A stretch of 64,000 nucleotides of DNA from Vitrella brassicaformis CCMP3155 (lineage: Eukaryota; Protista; Chromerida), in contig CDMY01000259.1 in assembly GCA_001179505.1 (NCBI GenBank), forward strand, positions 1 to 64,000, read 5' to 3'. This document shows, one piece after another, positions 46,416-61,400 of this stretch (positions within the stretch are counted from its first letter, which is position 1; each line of letters opens with the position of its first letter). The notes under the pieces are model-generated. The model saw only the letters and a program-made list of their open reading frames with translations, made no database searches and was not told the origin of the DNA. The position numbers and the translations under genes are program-made.

Positions 46416-49400
46416 ATGTCGGTGGTAGCCAAGCTCTCGGACGCTGCGCAGCAGTATCGGCGATACATCGCCAACCCGCGGGAGGCAGATCTCAGCTTCG
46501 CCACAACTCTGCATGGGACCGTGGGCAGCAAGGACAGCCAACCATTCCACAAGGTCACCGAGGATGAAATCGGTGAGTCCGCAGCGACAGGAGGAGGGAA
46601 AGGAGAGATCTGCTCGGCCATGGACACACAATGATGAGTGAAATGCATTCGTTGTGCCTCTCTGTCTGTCTGTCTGTCTGTCTGTGTGCGCAGCTGCTCT
46701 CAACGAGAGCCTCTTCAACGAGAGCGACGGCCTGCTTCAGTCCATCCGTGAGCAGCGCACACGCACTCACACACATACGGGTGCTCAGTTCATTCACACG
46801 CTTTCTTGTTTGTCCACCCGGCCCACCGACGTGCCGCAGGCCAGAGTTGCGCTGACAAGAGCAAGCCGCTGCCGGATGCTCGTCTGTATGGCCTCAACAC
46901 GTGCGCCAAGTTCATGTGGCGGTGCGGGAGGGACGCCGGGCTGCAGCACCACATGCCCGCCATACTGGTGGGCTGGTGGACGGGGCGGCTGACCAGTGCA
47001 CTTCCAACAGGCCCTGGCCTGGCCATCCAGCTCACCTGATGGATTGATGTCCGCTCGTGTGTGTGCAGAGGAGCGGGTTTGGGTTGTTCCAGAAGGACGA
47101 GTCGAAGCGCGTCAAGAGGGCGGCGCTGTATCTCATGCTCGAGGCCATCAAGTGCAACGCCAGGTGGGTCTGGGGTTCTGTGGGTGAGTGTGGGTGTCCA
47201 CGCACAGCCAGACAGCAACAGGTACACGTGTCTTGTCTGGACTGGATGTGTGTGGTGTTTGGCGGGTGTCAGGTGCGGCAGCCCTCTGAGTGCCCAGGAG
47301 ATGGAGATCGACAAGCACATCGGCAGACTCATGGAGGAGCTCAAGTCGTTCAGGACCAAGATGGGCCCACAGGCACAGGGCGCCCTCTACGTTCTCTTCG
47401 GTGCGCATGGCACATCACATCCACACACACCTCTCTCTCACGGACATTCAACCTGCCTCTGCGCGTGTGTACGTGTGTGTTCAGCTGGCATGATCGACCT
47501 GTATGACGATCACTTCTCGCCCCAGCAGCTGAGGGACATCGCCAGCACCATCAAGACGGTACGCACGAGCCCACTCATGGCTCTTCGTCCACGGCAGGGC
47601 AGGCACCATCCGTGTGTGTCGGTTGTGTGTGTGTGTGTATCTCTGTGTGTGTGTCTGTGTGTGCAGGTTATGGAGTCCTCCATGTCGACTCTCTCCAAGG
47701 GTTTCGAGCCGTCGCTTATCGAAGGTGACTGAATGTAATGTCATCCCACAGAGACACACCCACTGCTCGCCTCCTCGTCTGTGTTCATCAGGGGTTATGA
47801 AGGGCCTCGAGTCCCTCCTCCACAGGTACCTATGCTGCCCCCCCCCAGCCCAACACACAGCCACGTGCATCCGCGCGCACCTCACCGTTCCGTCCGTGTG
47901 TTTGTCTGGATGGGATGAAGGCACGCCGACGCCTTCTTCCCGGCCGACCAGCCCGACCACAAGGACCGCCAGAGGATGTACACCTTCATAGAGGGCACGG
48001 CCAACTACGTGCAGGGGTCGGGAGGATCACTCGCACCCATGGTCGGCAAGCTAAGCGCGCCACACACAGATGGAGGCGCGAGAATCAATCACCCATCATT
48101 CTGTGTTGGTGTGCAGAAAGCCGCCATGTCAGTGTTGCGTCGACACGCCCAGCTGTTCCGCAGCCAGCTGCTGGCCGAGCTGAGGGCGGTGCCGGCATAC
48201 CGCAAGAAGCGGCGAAAGGAGAGGCTGGCGGCGCGGGAGGCTGCCAAGGAGGCCAGCGGGGGTGAGGCTGCTGCGGCGGCCGAGGGACAGCCGGCGGATG
48301 ATGACGACGAGGACGACGCCAAAGACAGCACCATCATATTCGGTAAGGACCGATGCGATGCGGGAAGAGCGAATGACAGCGCATCCATCCGACCACGCCT
48401 ATCTATCGCTGCTGGCTGTTGCTGTGTGGCAGACAAGCTGCTGACTGGAGCGGCACATAACAATTCGGTAAGCAAGTGACGGACACCCCCATCGCCACCA
48501 GACACGTATACTGTCCTCCGTTCTCCTGTCTGTCTGTCTGCATCAGTTGTATGCCTTCGCATGTCGCGAGTGTCTAGAGGACATTCTCCGCGACATCTCC
48601 CGCTACCTGTCCGACCTCATGGACCACCAGCCCAAACCTGACGACACCGAGATCAAAGACGAGGAGGAGCACGGAGAGGCCGGCGCTGAGCACACGGGGG
48701 GGGCGGGTCGCAAGCGGAGGATCAAGCAGGAGGAAGAGGAGGAGAAGATCGCAGCGCCCACACAGTCACAACTCGCCCTGTAAGCTCGCTCCACCGGCCA
48801 GGGTGCGTATGGCAAGGCGGTCGGTGGGATGGGTTGGCTGTGTGTGCGGGTGATGCAGGTCGGTGAAGGGCGTGAAGGCCTTGGCGCGGGGCTACAGGGG
48901 CCGGCTGACCAGGTGCCACGAGCTGCTCGGCGAACAGGGACAGCTTCTGCCAGGTCAGTCCCTCGGCTTCTCTGCACCAGTGCCTTCCCTGTGTATGTGT
49001 GTCTTGGTGCAGAGAAGCACCTCAAGACGACGTTGAACTCTTGCATGGCGATTGGTCTGCTGGCGCCGGTGCTTGTTCGGGCGGACGGCACCGACTGGGC
49101 CATACAGGCGCTGCACCAAATACTCGACCTCATCCACGCGTAGGCGCGATGAACGGATGGATGGACGAAGTGTCTGTGTACGTGTGTGACATACCGGTGT
49201 GTCTGTCTGTCTGGCTGTTGATGTGTTGTAGGTTGGAGCCCAAGCAGCCAGACACCGTGGCCATGGTGAGACTTGCGCCGCGAACGCGAACACCACAGCA
49301 ATACCTCTGTGTCATCTCTTTCTTGGGTGCAGTACTTGCCTGGGTTCATCAAGGCCATGTCCACTCTCTTGCGGCCACTCACATCAGTACGTTTGGGCCC

Positions 49401-52400
49401 AGCAAGCACCAGTAGTGTCATGCCCAGCCAAGGACATGTGGACACGTGTTGCTGTGTGGCAGGTGATTGAGGGCTCCACGTGGGGCCGCGTTGTGCATGG
49501 GGTGGGCGGCCTCTTCACCTGCTTCCACGCCACTTACACTAAGGCACGGCCACGGTTCGCAGAGGCCGTCATAGAATTCACACACACTCTGGTAGACCGC
49601 CACACACACACACACACACACTCCGTGCATCCATCGTCTCTCTGCCGCTTTGTGTGTGTCAGCTGGATACCGAGGAGCGTTCGCAGCCTGAGTCCCAGTT
49701 CAATGCAGAGGAGTGGCTCGACACACTCATACAGAGAGGTAGGTCACAGCGTGGCAGCAGCAGCAGCAGCAGCAGGAGAGCCGGCGGCACCACATGCGGC
49801 TCATGTCCATATCAGGCGTGATGGCGACTGTCGTGGCTGCTCCCGATGCGCCCAACGAGCTGTCCCCGCTGCTCCGCTTCTGGCAGATCCTCTTCAAGAA
49901 CCTCGACGAGGCCATCGCAAACGAATACAGAAAGCAGCGGGGCGCCGCCAAGGACGACACCGACGTCAAGATGGAGGACGGTGACCATGACGACCATGAC
50001 AACGACATGGACGCCTCCCCCGTCAGCCGCCCACCACCATCCGCACAGCAGCAGCAGCAGCGGCAAGAGGAGGAACAAGAAATCGCCCCTGAGGACCGTG
50101 AAGAGGAGCTGGATCTGGGCCTGGGTGGAGGGGGGGGCACGGGCGAAGCGGGGCAGGACGACGAGGGGCCGCCGAGCGCGGCAGAGGGGGACGGCGAGGG
50201 AGATGGAGGTGAAGATAGGGAGCAGGAGGCCCTGGCTCTCATCCCTTCGGCGTCGGCAGCCGACCTCACCCTCAAGGAGCGGAAAAGAGTTCGGGCGCTG
50301 CTGGCCGAGTCGCTGCTCAAGACCTGCCTGGCGGTGAGCCGTATGAGTTTTACCAACCAGATCGCCTTGGTGGAGGACCGCCGCACGGCCGAGCAGTTCA
50401 TCACCGAGACGTCACGGCGGGGCCGCAGGGTGGCGGAGGGGCGGCAGGAGAGCCCTGATGGTGGGATGACATCTCGGCAGGCGCTTGTGGACATCGGCAT
50501 TCTCAACGAACAGGCAGCCGCCACCTCACTTATGGTGGGCAGAAAGAAGGGGTGACGCGTCTGTCTGTTCTGGCGAGGGGGTGGTGTCTGTGGTGTGGGG
50601 TGTTGTGGTGTAGGTGGGTCATCTGGCCATGTTGATTGAGGGCGTCTTCATTGACAGGACACACTACCTCATCCCGTGGTTCGAAGCCATATCTCCATCC
50701 ATCCATCCATCCGTCCATCCCCATGTGTGCATGTGTGGTTTGTGCGTCTGTGTCAGGGTAGAGCAGTATGTTCGGCTGAGCTATAAGTATCTGGAGGGCA
50801 TTGCATTCACCGACTCCCTCCCGCCACTCGGCCTCTTCACCATGCTGCACTGCCTCATGCGGCCTCTCGCCAACCACATCAACCAGTACCCACCAGAGAA
50901 GGACAAGGTCTTCCCGCTCGCCGTCCGGGCCTACCTGGGGAGCTTCCTGGCGTCGGTGGTCGAGTGGGCGCCCCAGTATGAGAACGAGCTGCTGTGTGAG
51001 GCGCTGCGGATGGTGCTGGCCGCGCCTCTCACTCTGCTGCCCACACAGAAATGGGTCGACCTGGGTGCGCTGGGCAATGGGTGGAGGGACGGAGATGTAT
51101 ATTCCTGGTGCTATTTGTGAGCTGTGGTGTCTGTCGTGATATGGGTCAGTGTGTCGCGCTTTGGAGGAGGGTCTGACGTACCGCCCCCTGGCTGAGCTCG
51201 TCCTCAGCTCCCTGCAGACATGGAAAGACACCAAGTAAGTACGCCGCTCTGGCGGGGAGGGAGAGTCTCATAGATGTGCATTGTATCTGGTGTGCCTGCC
51301 TGCGCGTGTTGTGTTGGTGTCAGGTCGGATTTCCTCAGTCGTGGTGAGCTGCAGGTGATCCTGCCATGCTTCTCCCCTTACCTGCGCGAGGAGACCAGAC
51401 AAGGTCAGCAACCATTGTGTTCTTGGCGACCCTCTCACTCCCTCCCTCCCTCCCTCCCTCTCTCTCTCCGTGTGTGGGTGGGTGGTTTCTTTGATGGCTC
51501 AGATGCTGACTTGGAGGGCCAGGTGACGACAGCCGAGTTCCAGCGCGCCGAGCAGGAGCGCCAGAAACAGCAGGCAAAGAAGAAAGGACGACAAAACGAG
51601 GAAGGTATATAACACGACGCACACCAACACACCAATACACCATCACACACGGGCTCCCTCCCTTGCAAACATGCAGCCTTCGAGTTGCGCCTTGTCCGTT
51701 TCCTGGGGGACCTGGGCGGCGATGCCCACTGGCTGGTGCCGTCGCAGGGGGGCCGGCACACGCTGCCCAAGCTGACCCATCCGTCAGGTCTGGAGGGAGA
51801 CTGCAAGGAGCTGCAGGTGCCACTTCACCTCAAGAGCCACCAGGTCAAGGTCCCCATCGAATACCTTCTCCAGAGGGCTGCAGAGGTCAGTCAGTCAGTC
51901 AGTCAGTCAGTCAGAAGACAGGCAGGCGACTGACTGACCAGCAATGGAATGGACCCAGCCGTCGACTCGACCCTAGCTAGTGTTTGTGTGCAGGTTGCTG
52001 AGGGTGCGAGCGACCGTCAGCTGCGTGCGTCTGCGACTGAGTTGGTGCATGCCCTGACGCACTACTTCATCGGCAAGATGAACCGCGAGCAGGACCAGGA
52101 CAGGCTGGCCAAGCGGGAGGAGGCCATCTACCGAACCATCTTCCCGTGCATACTCAGGTCACACACACAGAAACACACATAGGCAGACAGACAAGCAGCC
52201 GCCCGGCCGACGGCTGCCTGCACTTGTCAGAGCGTGTGTGTTTGGCGTGTGGTGGTGTGCAGGTTGGGATGCTCTGCCGACGCCGCTCCGCGGAATGTGA
52301 TAGGCGACCTGCCCCTGCAGATTGTCCGCCGAATCGTCATGGTGGCATCTACCAGGCACAAAGCGCGGGTGGGCAGCACACACACACCCACACAGAGCAG

Positions 52401-55400
52401 CAGCCGACATGAAGATCGCGGGTGTGACAATCATGGTATGCAGAACTTGGTGGCGCTGCGAGAGTGTCTGACAGAGGTGCTGGGCCACCCGACCAACGCC
52501 GGACTGCGTCGCCTGGGTGCCCGGTGCTACGGGGAGATGGTCAAGTACATGACTCGGCACACCGACGGGGACATCGAGATCCGCCTCAACACTCTCAACG
52601 ACTCCATGCAGCAGCTCATGTCGCTCATGGGTGGGTCGGTCGGTACACAGACATACACACACGACACGGAAGGAGAGAGGCTGGACGGCGGGCCATGTGT
52701 GTGTGTGGGCACTCAGCCCATCCTGATCCGTTTCGTCGTCTCGGTGCGCTTGAAACGCTCGAGTACCTGCTGCCCTCCATTGAGAAGCGAAAAGACATGG
52801 TCAAGACGGCACACACACACATTCACACAGACACAGAGCATCCCTCCCTGAGTTGTCAGTCATGTGTGTCGTCCATCCATCCATCCATCAGATGTTGCTG
52901 TACGGCTTGGAGCTCTTCTACCGTGTGGTCAACTGCCTGGTTCTCGCTCACCAGCCCTTCCACCGAGGCAAGAAGACCCCAGGCGCCACCACCTCCTTCA
53001 CGCTCACCCTCACCGCCCCCAAGGTGGCCGCACTGGGCCGCCGACTGCTCACTCTCAAGAACACCGGCCTGCTGGACATGTCGGAGCACCTCGACCGCGA
53101 CCGCACCGCCAAGGAGCTGATGGAGATCCTCAAGAAGTCCCCGCAGACCTTGCCGTGGCGGGAGGATGTCGTCACTTCGTCGCGGCGGGTGTTCAAGTCG
53201 CTTGGTGAGATGGCAGCATGGCTGTGGCAGCAGTGCATGGCGGCCCCCGAGGCCGTCTCACGCGCATTCTTCTGCCGCACGCTCGAGGACCTCTACGGCA
53301 CTCCCTCTTCCCTCCCGTCCGCCTCGACATCCCTGCTGTCATTCCTCGACTCCAACGCCCTCAAGCGTGCCCTCCAGGAGCACCACGCCACCCTTCTACA
53401 GTGCACGGCAGATTCTGACCAGGACGACCCGGCGGTCGAGCAGGCCCTGCGCGAGCTGACATCGCTGCTGCACGCCTTGGCATGGCTGTGCGACAGGGAT
53501 GTGATTGAGCACTTCGGCATCTCCGGGACGTTCGACCGCGCTGCCGTCATCCCGCAGGTCCGCCACCTGCTGCTGAGTGTGATCCGGCGTGACAGTCGTG
53601 CAGCGATGCCTGGAGGCGGCAAGGGTATGGCGAGTGCTCGCCAGGGGTTCTGGGTGGGTGTGGTGATGCTGATGCGGCAGGACCTGCCACTCGACGGCAG
53701 GTCGCCCATCGCTATCATGCCCTGGACCGGAGAGGGTACGCTGAACACGCCGGCAGACCACGCAGAATGGGCTCATCTGGTGTGTCTGTATTCCTTCCTT
53801 TGTAGCTACGGTGAGTGACGTAGATCGCCTGTTGGGTGTTTTGGTGACGGCCATGATGGCGCCGGCAGAGCTGGGGTTCCCGGCGTAAGGGACGAGAGAG
53901 AGACCACACCGCACCGGTGGACACACCTGTACAGCGCACTGCCGTGTTTCTTTTGTTTTCTCCTGCAGGAGTGGCAGGGAGCGTGACGTCCTCCTGCGTG
54001 TATGCCGCGGTTTCTTCAAGCGGTACCTGGCCGACAAGGATGGCCGCAGCTTCAATGACATCCTGCAGAAATGGTCAGAGCGACGATCGACGCTCACGGG
54101 AGGGAGACAAACAGGCATACATACGACGGACGGTGTGCTGCCATGTGTGTCTTATTGTCTTAAGGTATGCGGATCATCCCTCGTCCGACCTTTTGCGGCT
54201 TGTGCGTCAACAGGGCCTCGACAACACCATGGACGCCGATGCTCCGCCAGACTCACCACTCTTCGACGACTTCCTCAAACAGCTCGCCGCCGCCGGACAG
54301 ACGACGGACACCACAGCCACAGCAGCTGTGCTCTCCTTCGTCGGCCTGGAGGAGTTTGAGCACTACATCGATGCACTCGAGGCCATCCAGCACGCCAAGG
54401 GCCATCTCTACGATTCACAAGAGGACAGGCCCCTCGTGCAGGCGGCCCTGCGGCACGCGTCCAGCACACTGGAGAAGCTGGTCCACCGGAAGGGCGACAC
54501 AAGCACGTCGTCGTCCGCCACAGCCCTGGGTGGCCGCTTCCGCATCGACCGGTACATGGAGTGTCTGTACCGATTCATCCTGCTGTTCATCAAGGACCCG
54601 ACAGAGGCCGACACAATGACGGATGAGGCAGCGTCGAGCGGCGGGTGGGTCGTGGATCGCGACGAGGGCATGGGCATGTTGCTGCAGCTGAGTCAGCTGC
54701 CGTCTGCTCGTGTGCGGTGGGATGCGCGGCGGCGGTGGCTCGAGGAGGTGCGACGCGACCCCAGACGGGCCTTCGATCTCTGGGCCGCCAAGGGCGGACA
54801 GCCACGCGTGAGTCGAGTCAACTCACCGCCACTTCACTTACAGCCCGCAAACAGACAGAGCGTGTGTGTGTGTGTGTTTTCATGTGGACAGGCATTTCTG
54901 AAGGTGTTGCGCGACATGGTCAAGCTGGCGTGCCATGTGACAATCCCTGACGCCAAGATCGCCCCTCCCCCACGTGCCAATGAGGACTTCATCATTCCAT
55001 CGGCCACGAGCCACCCCGACTGGTCGGTGGGCTTGGCCTGGCTGCTCATCGAGGGGCTGCCCGCGCTCAAGCCCTATGTGGAGAGATGCACCAGCGAAGA
55101 TCTGGACAAGCCGCAAGAGGCCACACCGCCGGAGCGCAAACGCATCAAGGTGGGCGAAGCAGAGCGGGTGGTGTGATGGGACCTGCATGACCCGATTTGT
55201 GATATCGTGTGGTTCTGTGCTGTGCTGTGCTGTGCTGTGTTGCGTGTCAGAGGGAAGAAGACGCTGAGGAGCCACCGAGCCAGGCCGAGTCAGCCAAGGA
55301 GAGCCCCCCGTTCCGGCCATGCCGCGACTTCCTCCCGCTCATCGCTGCCATCCTCAATGCGGCTGCCGATTGCCCTGTGCTCTTGACTGCATTCGCCGCC

Positions 55401-58400
55401 AAGTAGGCCAACAGAGACCAGCACAGGCGGACCAAGTGGTGGGTGGGTGACATGTGAATGGTCTGTCCCATGTCTGTCAGTGAGGGTCTGTTGGAGTGGG
55501 TCATATCGTTCATGGATCGTGTGGTCGGCTCGGGCGCACATGTGGGGCTGTCGACGCGCTCCCTCATTGTCAAGGCCATACCCACACTGATATTCCGGTA
55601 GGTGGGATTGTGGGCAGCAACGACACACACACAGAGAGGTGTGTATATGACGCGTTGCGTTATTGCCTTTCTCTCCATTGGTGCTGTGCTTGCAGAATTC
55701 ACCTGGTGGGAATAGAGCTGTCTGAGCGCCTGCCGGCCGATGGCATCGACACCAGCGGCAGTGGGCTGGGTGCATCCCTCCGTCGGTGGGCGTCAGGAGT
55801 GTCATCCGACCGCCTCGCTGATGTCGTGAAATCGATGATCGAGCGGCTGGGCGACCAGCTGCGTTTCCCAATCAGGGTGAGAGATCGAGGCAGCACGACA
55901 CGCCGCGACGAACGATGCACCTTCTCCCTTGCTGTGTCCTCTCAGTCCGACGAGATCCCCACTGTCGAGGAGGATCGTGCCTTCCAGGCCCTCCTGGGCG
56001 CCCTCTTCACGGCCAACAAGCTCTCCCTCCACCTCCCCGCCACCATGTCCTTCGCATTCATCCCCTCCACCCGAGCACCCCCCTCGCCCCCCACCCTCCC
56101 TCCCCGGCTACTGCTCTCTCTCGTGCAGGTCTTTCTCCGCGAGAGGAAGCCGGAAAGGGGCACCAGCAGGGGCGGGAGGCGGTCCAACCGGTCGGCTTAC
56201 TACGAGCGCTTCGATCAGTTCCTGCGGGGGTACATCTTCATGGCCGCGAAGTCTGAGCGGATGGCGAGGGCGGTGTTTGACCACTGCTGGAAGGCGTTCG
56301 AAGCTCAGAGTCCCTACAAGATGGCCAACGGCAGGCCGGAGAGCGTGTGCATTGAGCTGATGGAGAAGATTGCACTGCCGCTGCTCTGGGAGCTGCCGAC
56401 GTCGCTCAACAAGGTGACGTTCTCACAGCATACACACCAACAGATGGATGCACTCTCCGCTCCCTTGGTTGCGACCAGAGTTTGTGGGTGTCGTATTGGC
56501 GGTCGATGGAGCGGTGGCTGCCGATGCAGGACAAGGACGAGAAGCTGCCGGGTGCAATCGAGCCGGAGAAGTACACCATGCACGTCTGGAGCCGATCCGT
56601 GGTGCTCGGCATCATGGAACTACTCTTCTGTCGGATACCACAAGAGGTCAGTCATCGCACCGCGCCAGGCCGCTCGACAGCAACACCACACACACACACA
56701 CAGTGGGTGGGTTGTCCCTCAGAGCATCCGCCGCGACGTGGGCGAAGAGATCGCCAGGAGGACTCAGGGGGCGGTGGACAAGATCCACAAGCACGTCATT
56801 AAGGCCGCCAGCAGGGCCCGCAAGTACCAGCCACCCACGGGGCTCAGAATCGACGAAGAGATACTCCACAGGTAAGTGTGTAAGCAGACCAGACGACACA
56901 CAGACACACGAGGCGCCACACAGAAACACGGGGCGCACCTTGTGTGCTTGTTGTGTGAATCCATATGTATCAATCAGGCTACACATCCGTGCGCAGGGGT
57001 GTCTGACGGCCGCGATATGCGCCACTCAGGACGACGAGAAGACCTACGGCAATATCCTCAAGAATGCGCCGTGGGCCCACCTCATCGGCAGATACGACAT
57101 CAACGACCTGCAGTGGACCAAAGACAGGTCAGCCAACCAACCACACGCACACTCACACACACAGATGGATGGATGGATGGTTCTCCTTCTGCAGGCGTCC
57201 ATTCACTGTCGACACGAACTTCGAGGAGGTGCAGCGACTGGGCTACACCTTCCAGCCCTACCCCGTGGTGGCTAAGGGTAAGGGTGTGTCAGCCAGCCGC
57301 AACAAGGCCGTCAAGTTCATCAGGGGACTCGACGAGGCCGCCATGGGAGCAATGGAACCAGGTAGCACACAGAAAGTGGGGAGGCAAAGGTGGATACTCT
57401 GTCGACAGAGGCTCGTGTCTATGTCGTTCCTTCCTCAGGAGGCGGTAGTGCCCAGTTCTTCCTTGATCAGGAAGCCGGCAGCATTACCCAGTCGTCCATA
57501 TTCGGCGCCCCCACCTCTCTGCGCCCATCGATGGCTTCCCAGCGACCGCCATACCTGGCCTCCCTCCCCGGCAGCCAGAACCTCCTCATGACGGCCGCCC
57601 GACAGACAGCCGAGCAGTCGCTCAAGTCATCGATGCTCTCGCAGGTCAAGTCGTTTGCACAAGACAAGGACAGGACGGCCTCGCAGAAGTCGCTGCTGGC
57701 CTCACTGTCGACCTTGACGAGCGCTGCGGGCGGCGGGGGCCGCGAGGGGCCGGCTGAGAGGGGCGGGGGGGAGGCAGCTGGGCGGGCTTGGGTGCTGCCG
57801 ATGAGTCAGAGTGACGGCGATGCGCGGATGTGGCCTGGGTGGGAGGGGGAGGTGCCCGTCGACCCCAAGACACTGGCGGTGCAGGGGCTGATGCTGGGCA
57901 AGGCCTTCCAGGGCAGCGCCGCATCGCCCGCTGGAGGCGATGCCGAGCACTCCATCGACTGGAGGAAGGTCAGCCAACATCACATCACATCACCAATGGC
58001 CGGACGACATTGATGTGTTGTGTGTGCTGTGTTTGTTCTGTGTGTAGGATTGGATCGACAGGGACTGGCTGTACGAGTGGCCCATTGTGCCCCTGCTCCT
58101 CAAGACCATCGACGTCATGCAGGTGCGCTTCGGAGCACAGTGGGTGCCCCCGCCACCACCGGCACCTCAACAGCTCCCGGCAGCAGCAGCACCTGCGGCA
58201 GCAGCAGCACCTGCGGCAGCAGCAGCAGCCAACCAGGGCAAGAAGGAAGAGCCCATCGAGCCATACAAGGCCGAGCAGCTGCCCAACTCCCTGCGGTCGC
58301 TGATCGATGCCGCCACGAGCCACAACGCTGACTTTGGTCTCAAGCTGGTGCTGCTGCGGCTCATCGTGGCCAGACAAGAGGTGTGAGGAGAGAGACGGGC

Positions 58401-61400
58401 TCGGCTGGGTGGCTGGGTAGGATGTGGCATCGCATCTGTGTATGTGTGTTTGACTGACAGTTCTTCAGGCCGTTTGCCGGCCACCTGGTGTCGTTTATGT
58501 GCCTGACATGCCTCGACGAGAGGTTCGACGCAAAGATGAAATTCCACTACTTCTTCAGGTACACACACACACACACACACACACGTACGTGTGTCAATCA
58601 TCGCGCTCCTCTGTGTGTCGGGTTGTCTCCACTGCCCACAGGGACGTGTGTGAGGTGCTGGTGTCGTGGCGAGGGTACCCCTCCCACCGGCAGCAACAGG
58701 ACCACGCCAATGGCCTGCTGCAGCAGATATGCCGAGTCGCCGCACACCCCAAGCCCTTCTGGATGAGACTCCACATGTGGATCATCCGCTACCTCGTGGA
58801 GCAGTGGCGGTCCTTCATCAAACCCGACAGCGCCACCATCCTCAAGCTCCTGTGGCACACCAAGAGTGTCCCTCTGGAGCACATCGCCGCTTACCGCCTC
58901 GCCGGTCTGCACATCAGTGCCATCTATGTGGAACACGGCAACACGGACCCCACCGAACACCTCGCAGCCTCCGAGGGCGGCAAGAGCAGCAAAACCCTCT
59001 TCTACGAGGCCCTCGTCCGTAGCATGGCCGTCGCCAAGAGGCCCCTGTCGATGAAGGCCGCCGACGTGATCGGCACCGTCCTCAAGCACTTCCCTGACGA
59101 CGAGCTCGAGAGCCTGACGTACACTGCGCTCGAGAAGCTGTACCGCTGCACACCTCCGGTGATCGCCAACAGGGGTGGCAACCAGCCGAAGAACAACATC
59201 ACCTACTGGGCCGGCAACGGCCCGCCCGCCAAGCCGACGCCGACGGAGAAGTCCAGCAGCATGCTGGCGTGGGCATGGTGCCTCGAGTTCATCACGGACA
59301 ACTATCCCCTGCTGCTGGTCGGTCCGCCAGGGTCTCAGGCGCGGAAGCTCTTCAATCGTGTGATGCAGGAGACCACCAACCCCCCTGGCGGGTCGCGTAA
59401 TGGTTCGGGGGTGCAGAAGATGCTGGTGCAGACGTGGGTGCACGTGAGCGAGATGAAGGTGGAGCAGCACGAGGAGGCGGGCAAGCAGATCGCGCGCTTC
59501 AGCAGGGCGGCTGCTGACGAGATGGGCGAGAGGGAGCCGTACGAGCGGATGCAGCAGTGGCTGGAGGAGAGCATGGGCGATCTCATGATACAGCTCAGCT
59601 CGTACCAGGGATGGGCTACCCTTCTGGCCAACAAGTGAGTGGCGCGCCAGCCGACACACTACTGCACTCACGCAGCCCATCCGTCTCTCTCTCCATGTGT
59701 GTGTTCACTCCCTCTCACAGGGAGTGTTCGATAAAGGTGGCGGCCGGGCAGCTGTTCAAGGCGTCGATGGCACGCGTGAGGAAGCGGGACATGGAGAGAG
59801 AGACCGACGCCTTCTCCACGGCACTGGCGGTCATCGCGCAGGAATTCCCAGACCCCAAGACCGCCGACGACGGCTGCCGATCGGCCTGCCGCGGCCTCTT
59901 CATCGACATAGCCACTTTCGCCATACAACACAACCCCATTTACATCGTAAGTGACCACACCACAGCACCAGACCACACGAGACCTATTGATTTGATGGTA
60001 CGGATGCGCCGTTCGTTCGTTCGTCAGGACTCTGATGAGGAGATGGTGAGTCCCGTGGAGCAGAGCATCGTCTACCACTGCATCCGGCTGCTCTCCACTG
60101 GCACGCCCGACGACCGCAAGGCCCTCCTGGGTCTGCTGGACCACCCCCCCTACCTCGACAGCACCATGCGCCCAGACCCCGACGCACGCCACCGGCTCTC
60201 GCGCCTATTCCGTCTCTTCCAGGCCACCACTGGACCAGAAGGCCGGGTGCTGCCGCAAGACCTCCTGCAGACCACCCTCAACCTGCTGCTCTATGACGCC
60301 CAGCAGGAGCCGAGCTACGACGACCCAAAGGGCATCTTTGACTACCCTCTCGACGCCAGCAAGAGGTATCGAGAGCGGCCCGTGACGCCCTACTGGTCGG
60401 CCTCATCCATCGGCACACAGGGGGCGGCCCTTGGCGGGCGGGGCGGCGGGAGCCACAGCTCGTCGTCATTCGTGTCGCCCCTCCTCCTTGCAACACTTGA
60501 GGAGAGCGGCTCTGTCGGGGAGCGGGACGCCACCTCCCAGTGCATAATCGACATCCTCACCGGCAGTCTGGCCGTCTCTGACCAGCCTGAGGTCAAGCGG
60601 GAGGCCCCCAGCTCCCAGGCGTCCCAGGGCGACCGGCACGGCACGCTCTCATTGACCGGCCGGGCGGGATCGGTGGCCACGCCCCCGTATGACATTCAGC
60701 GGCTCATCGGCAGGTCACAGGGGGGCAGCGGCAGCCAGGGAGGGGGGGAAGGTGCGGTGGGTGGTGGTGTGGGCATGACTGTCAAGCATACTCGGCACCA
60801 CACGGGGACGGAGCAGCAGAGTGAGGCGGCTCGTCAATTCGGTGAGCGGCGGAAGCGGCTGGCGTTTGAGCAGGTTGAGAGGCAGAGGGACGTCAAGCAG
60901 AAGAAGGTCAAGATACTCCGCAAGTACCGCGAGGGCGAGCTGCCTGACGTCCAGATTCGCAAGAGGGACCTCATCGAGCCGCTGCTCTCCAGCTGTGCAG
61001 ACCCGCCACTCGCATCCGAACTCATGAAAGGTGCGCAAGGCAGCCGGGGGGGCGCACGTGTACTTCTGCGAGAAGGCTCACCTGTCTGTCTGTTTGCCTG
61101 TGTTTGTTGTGCATAGGCGTGTTTGTGAATCTGTTCAATCAGTCGACGGCCGACAAGGGTATGCTGCTGATCCACGCCTTCCAGTGTCTGCTCAACTCCA
61201 CCGCACGGGCCCTCTCGTCCCCCTCGGCCTCCACCCCATCCCTCACCACGTTCCTGCACCGACTCCTCCTCGCCCTGCCGTCAATGCTCTCGCAATCCCC
61301 AGACCCACACAGCCTGCTCGACACCCTACAAGCGGGCGCCCTGGTCTCGCTCAACTGGATGTCTGCCGCCCTCATCATGGAGCAGCACATCTCACACAAG

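Noticed and set aside
58170-58230. 18-bp tandem repeat in DNA-PKcs
   Set aside because: It simply encodes an Ala/Pro low-complexity linker.
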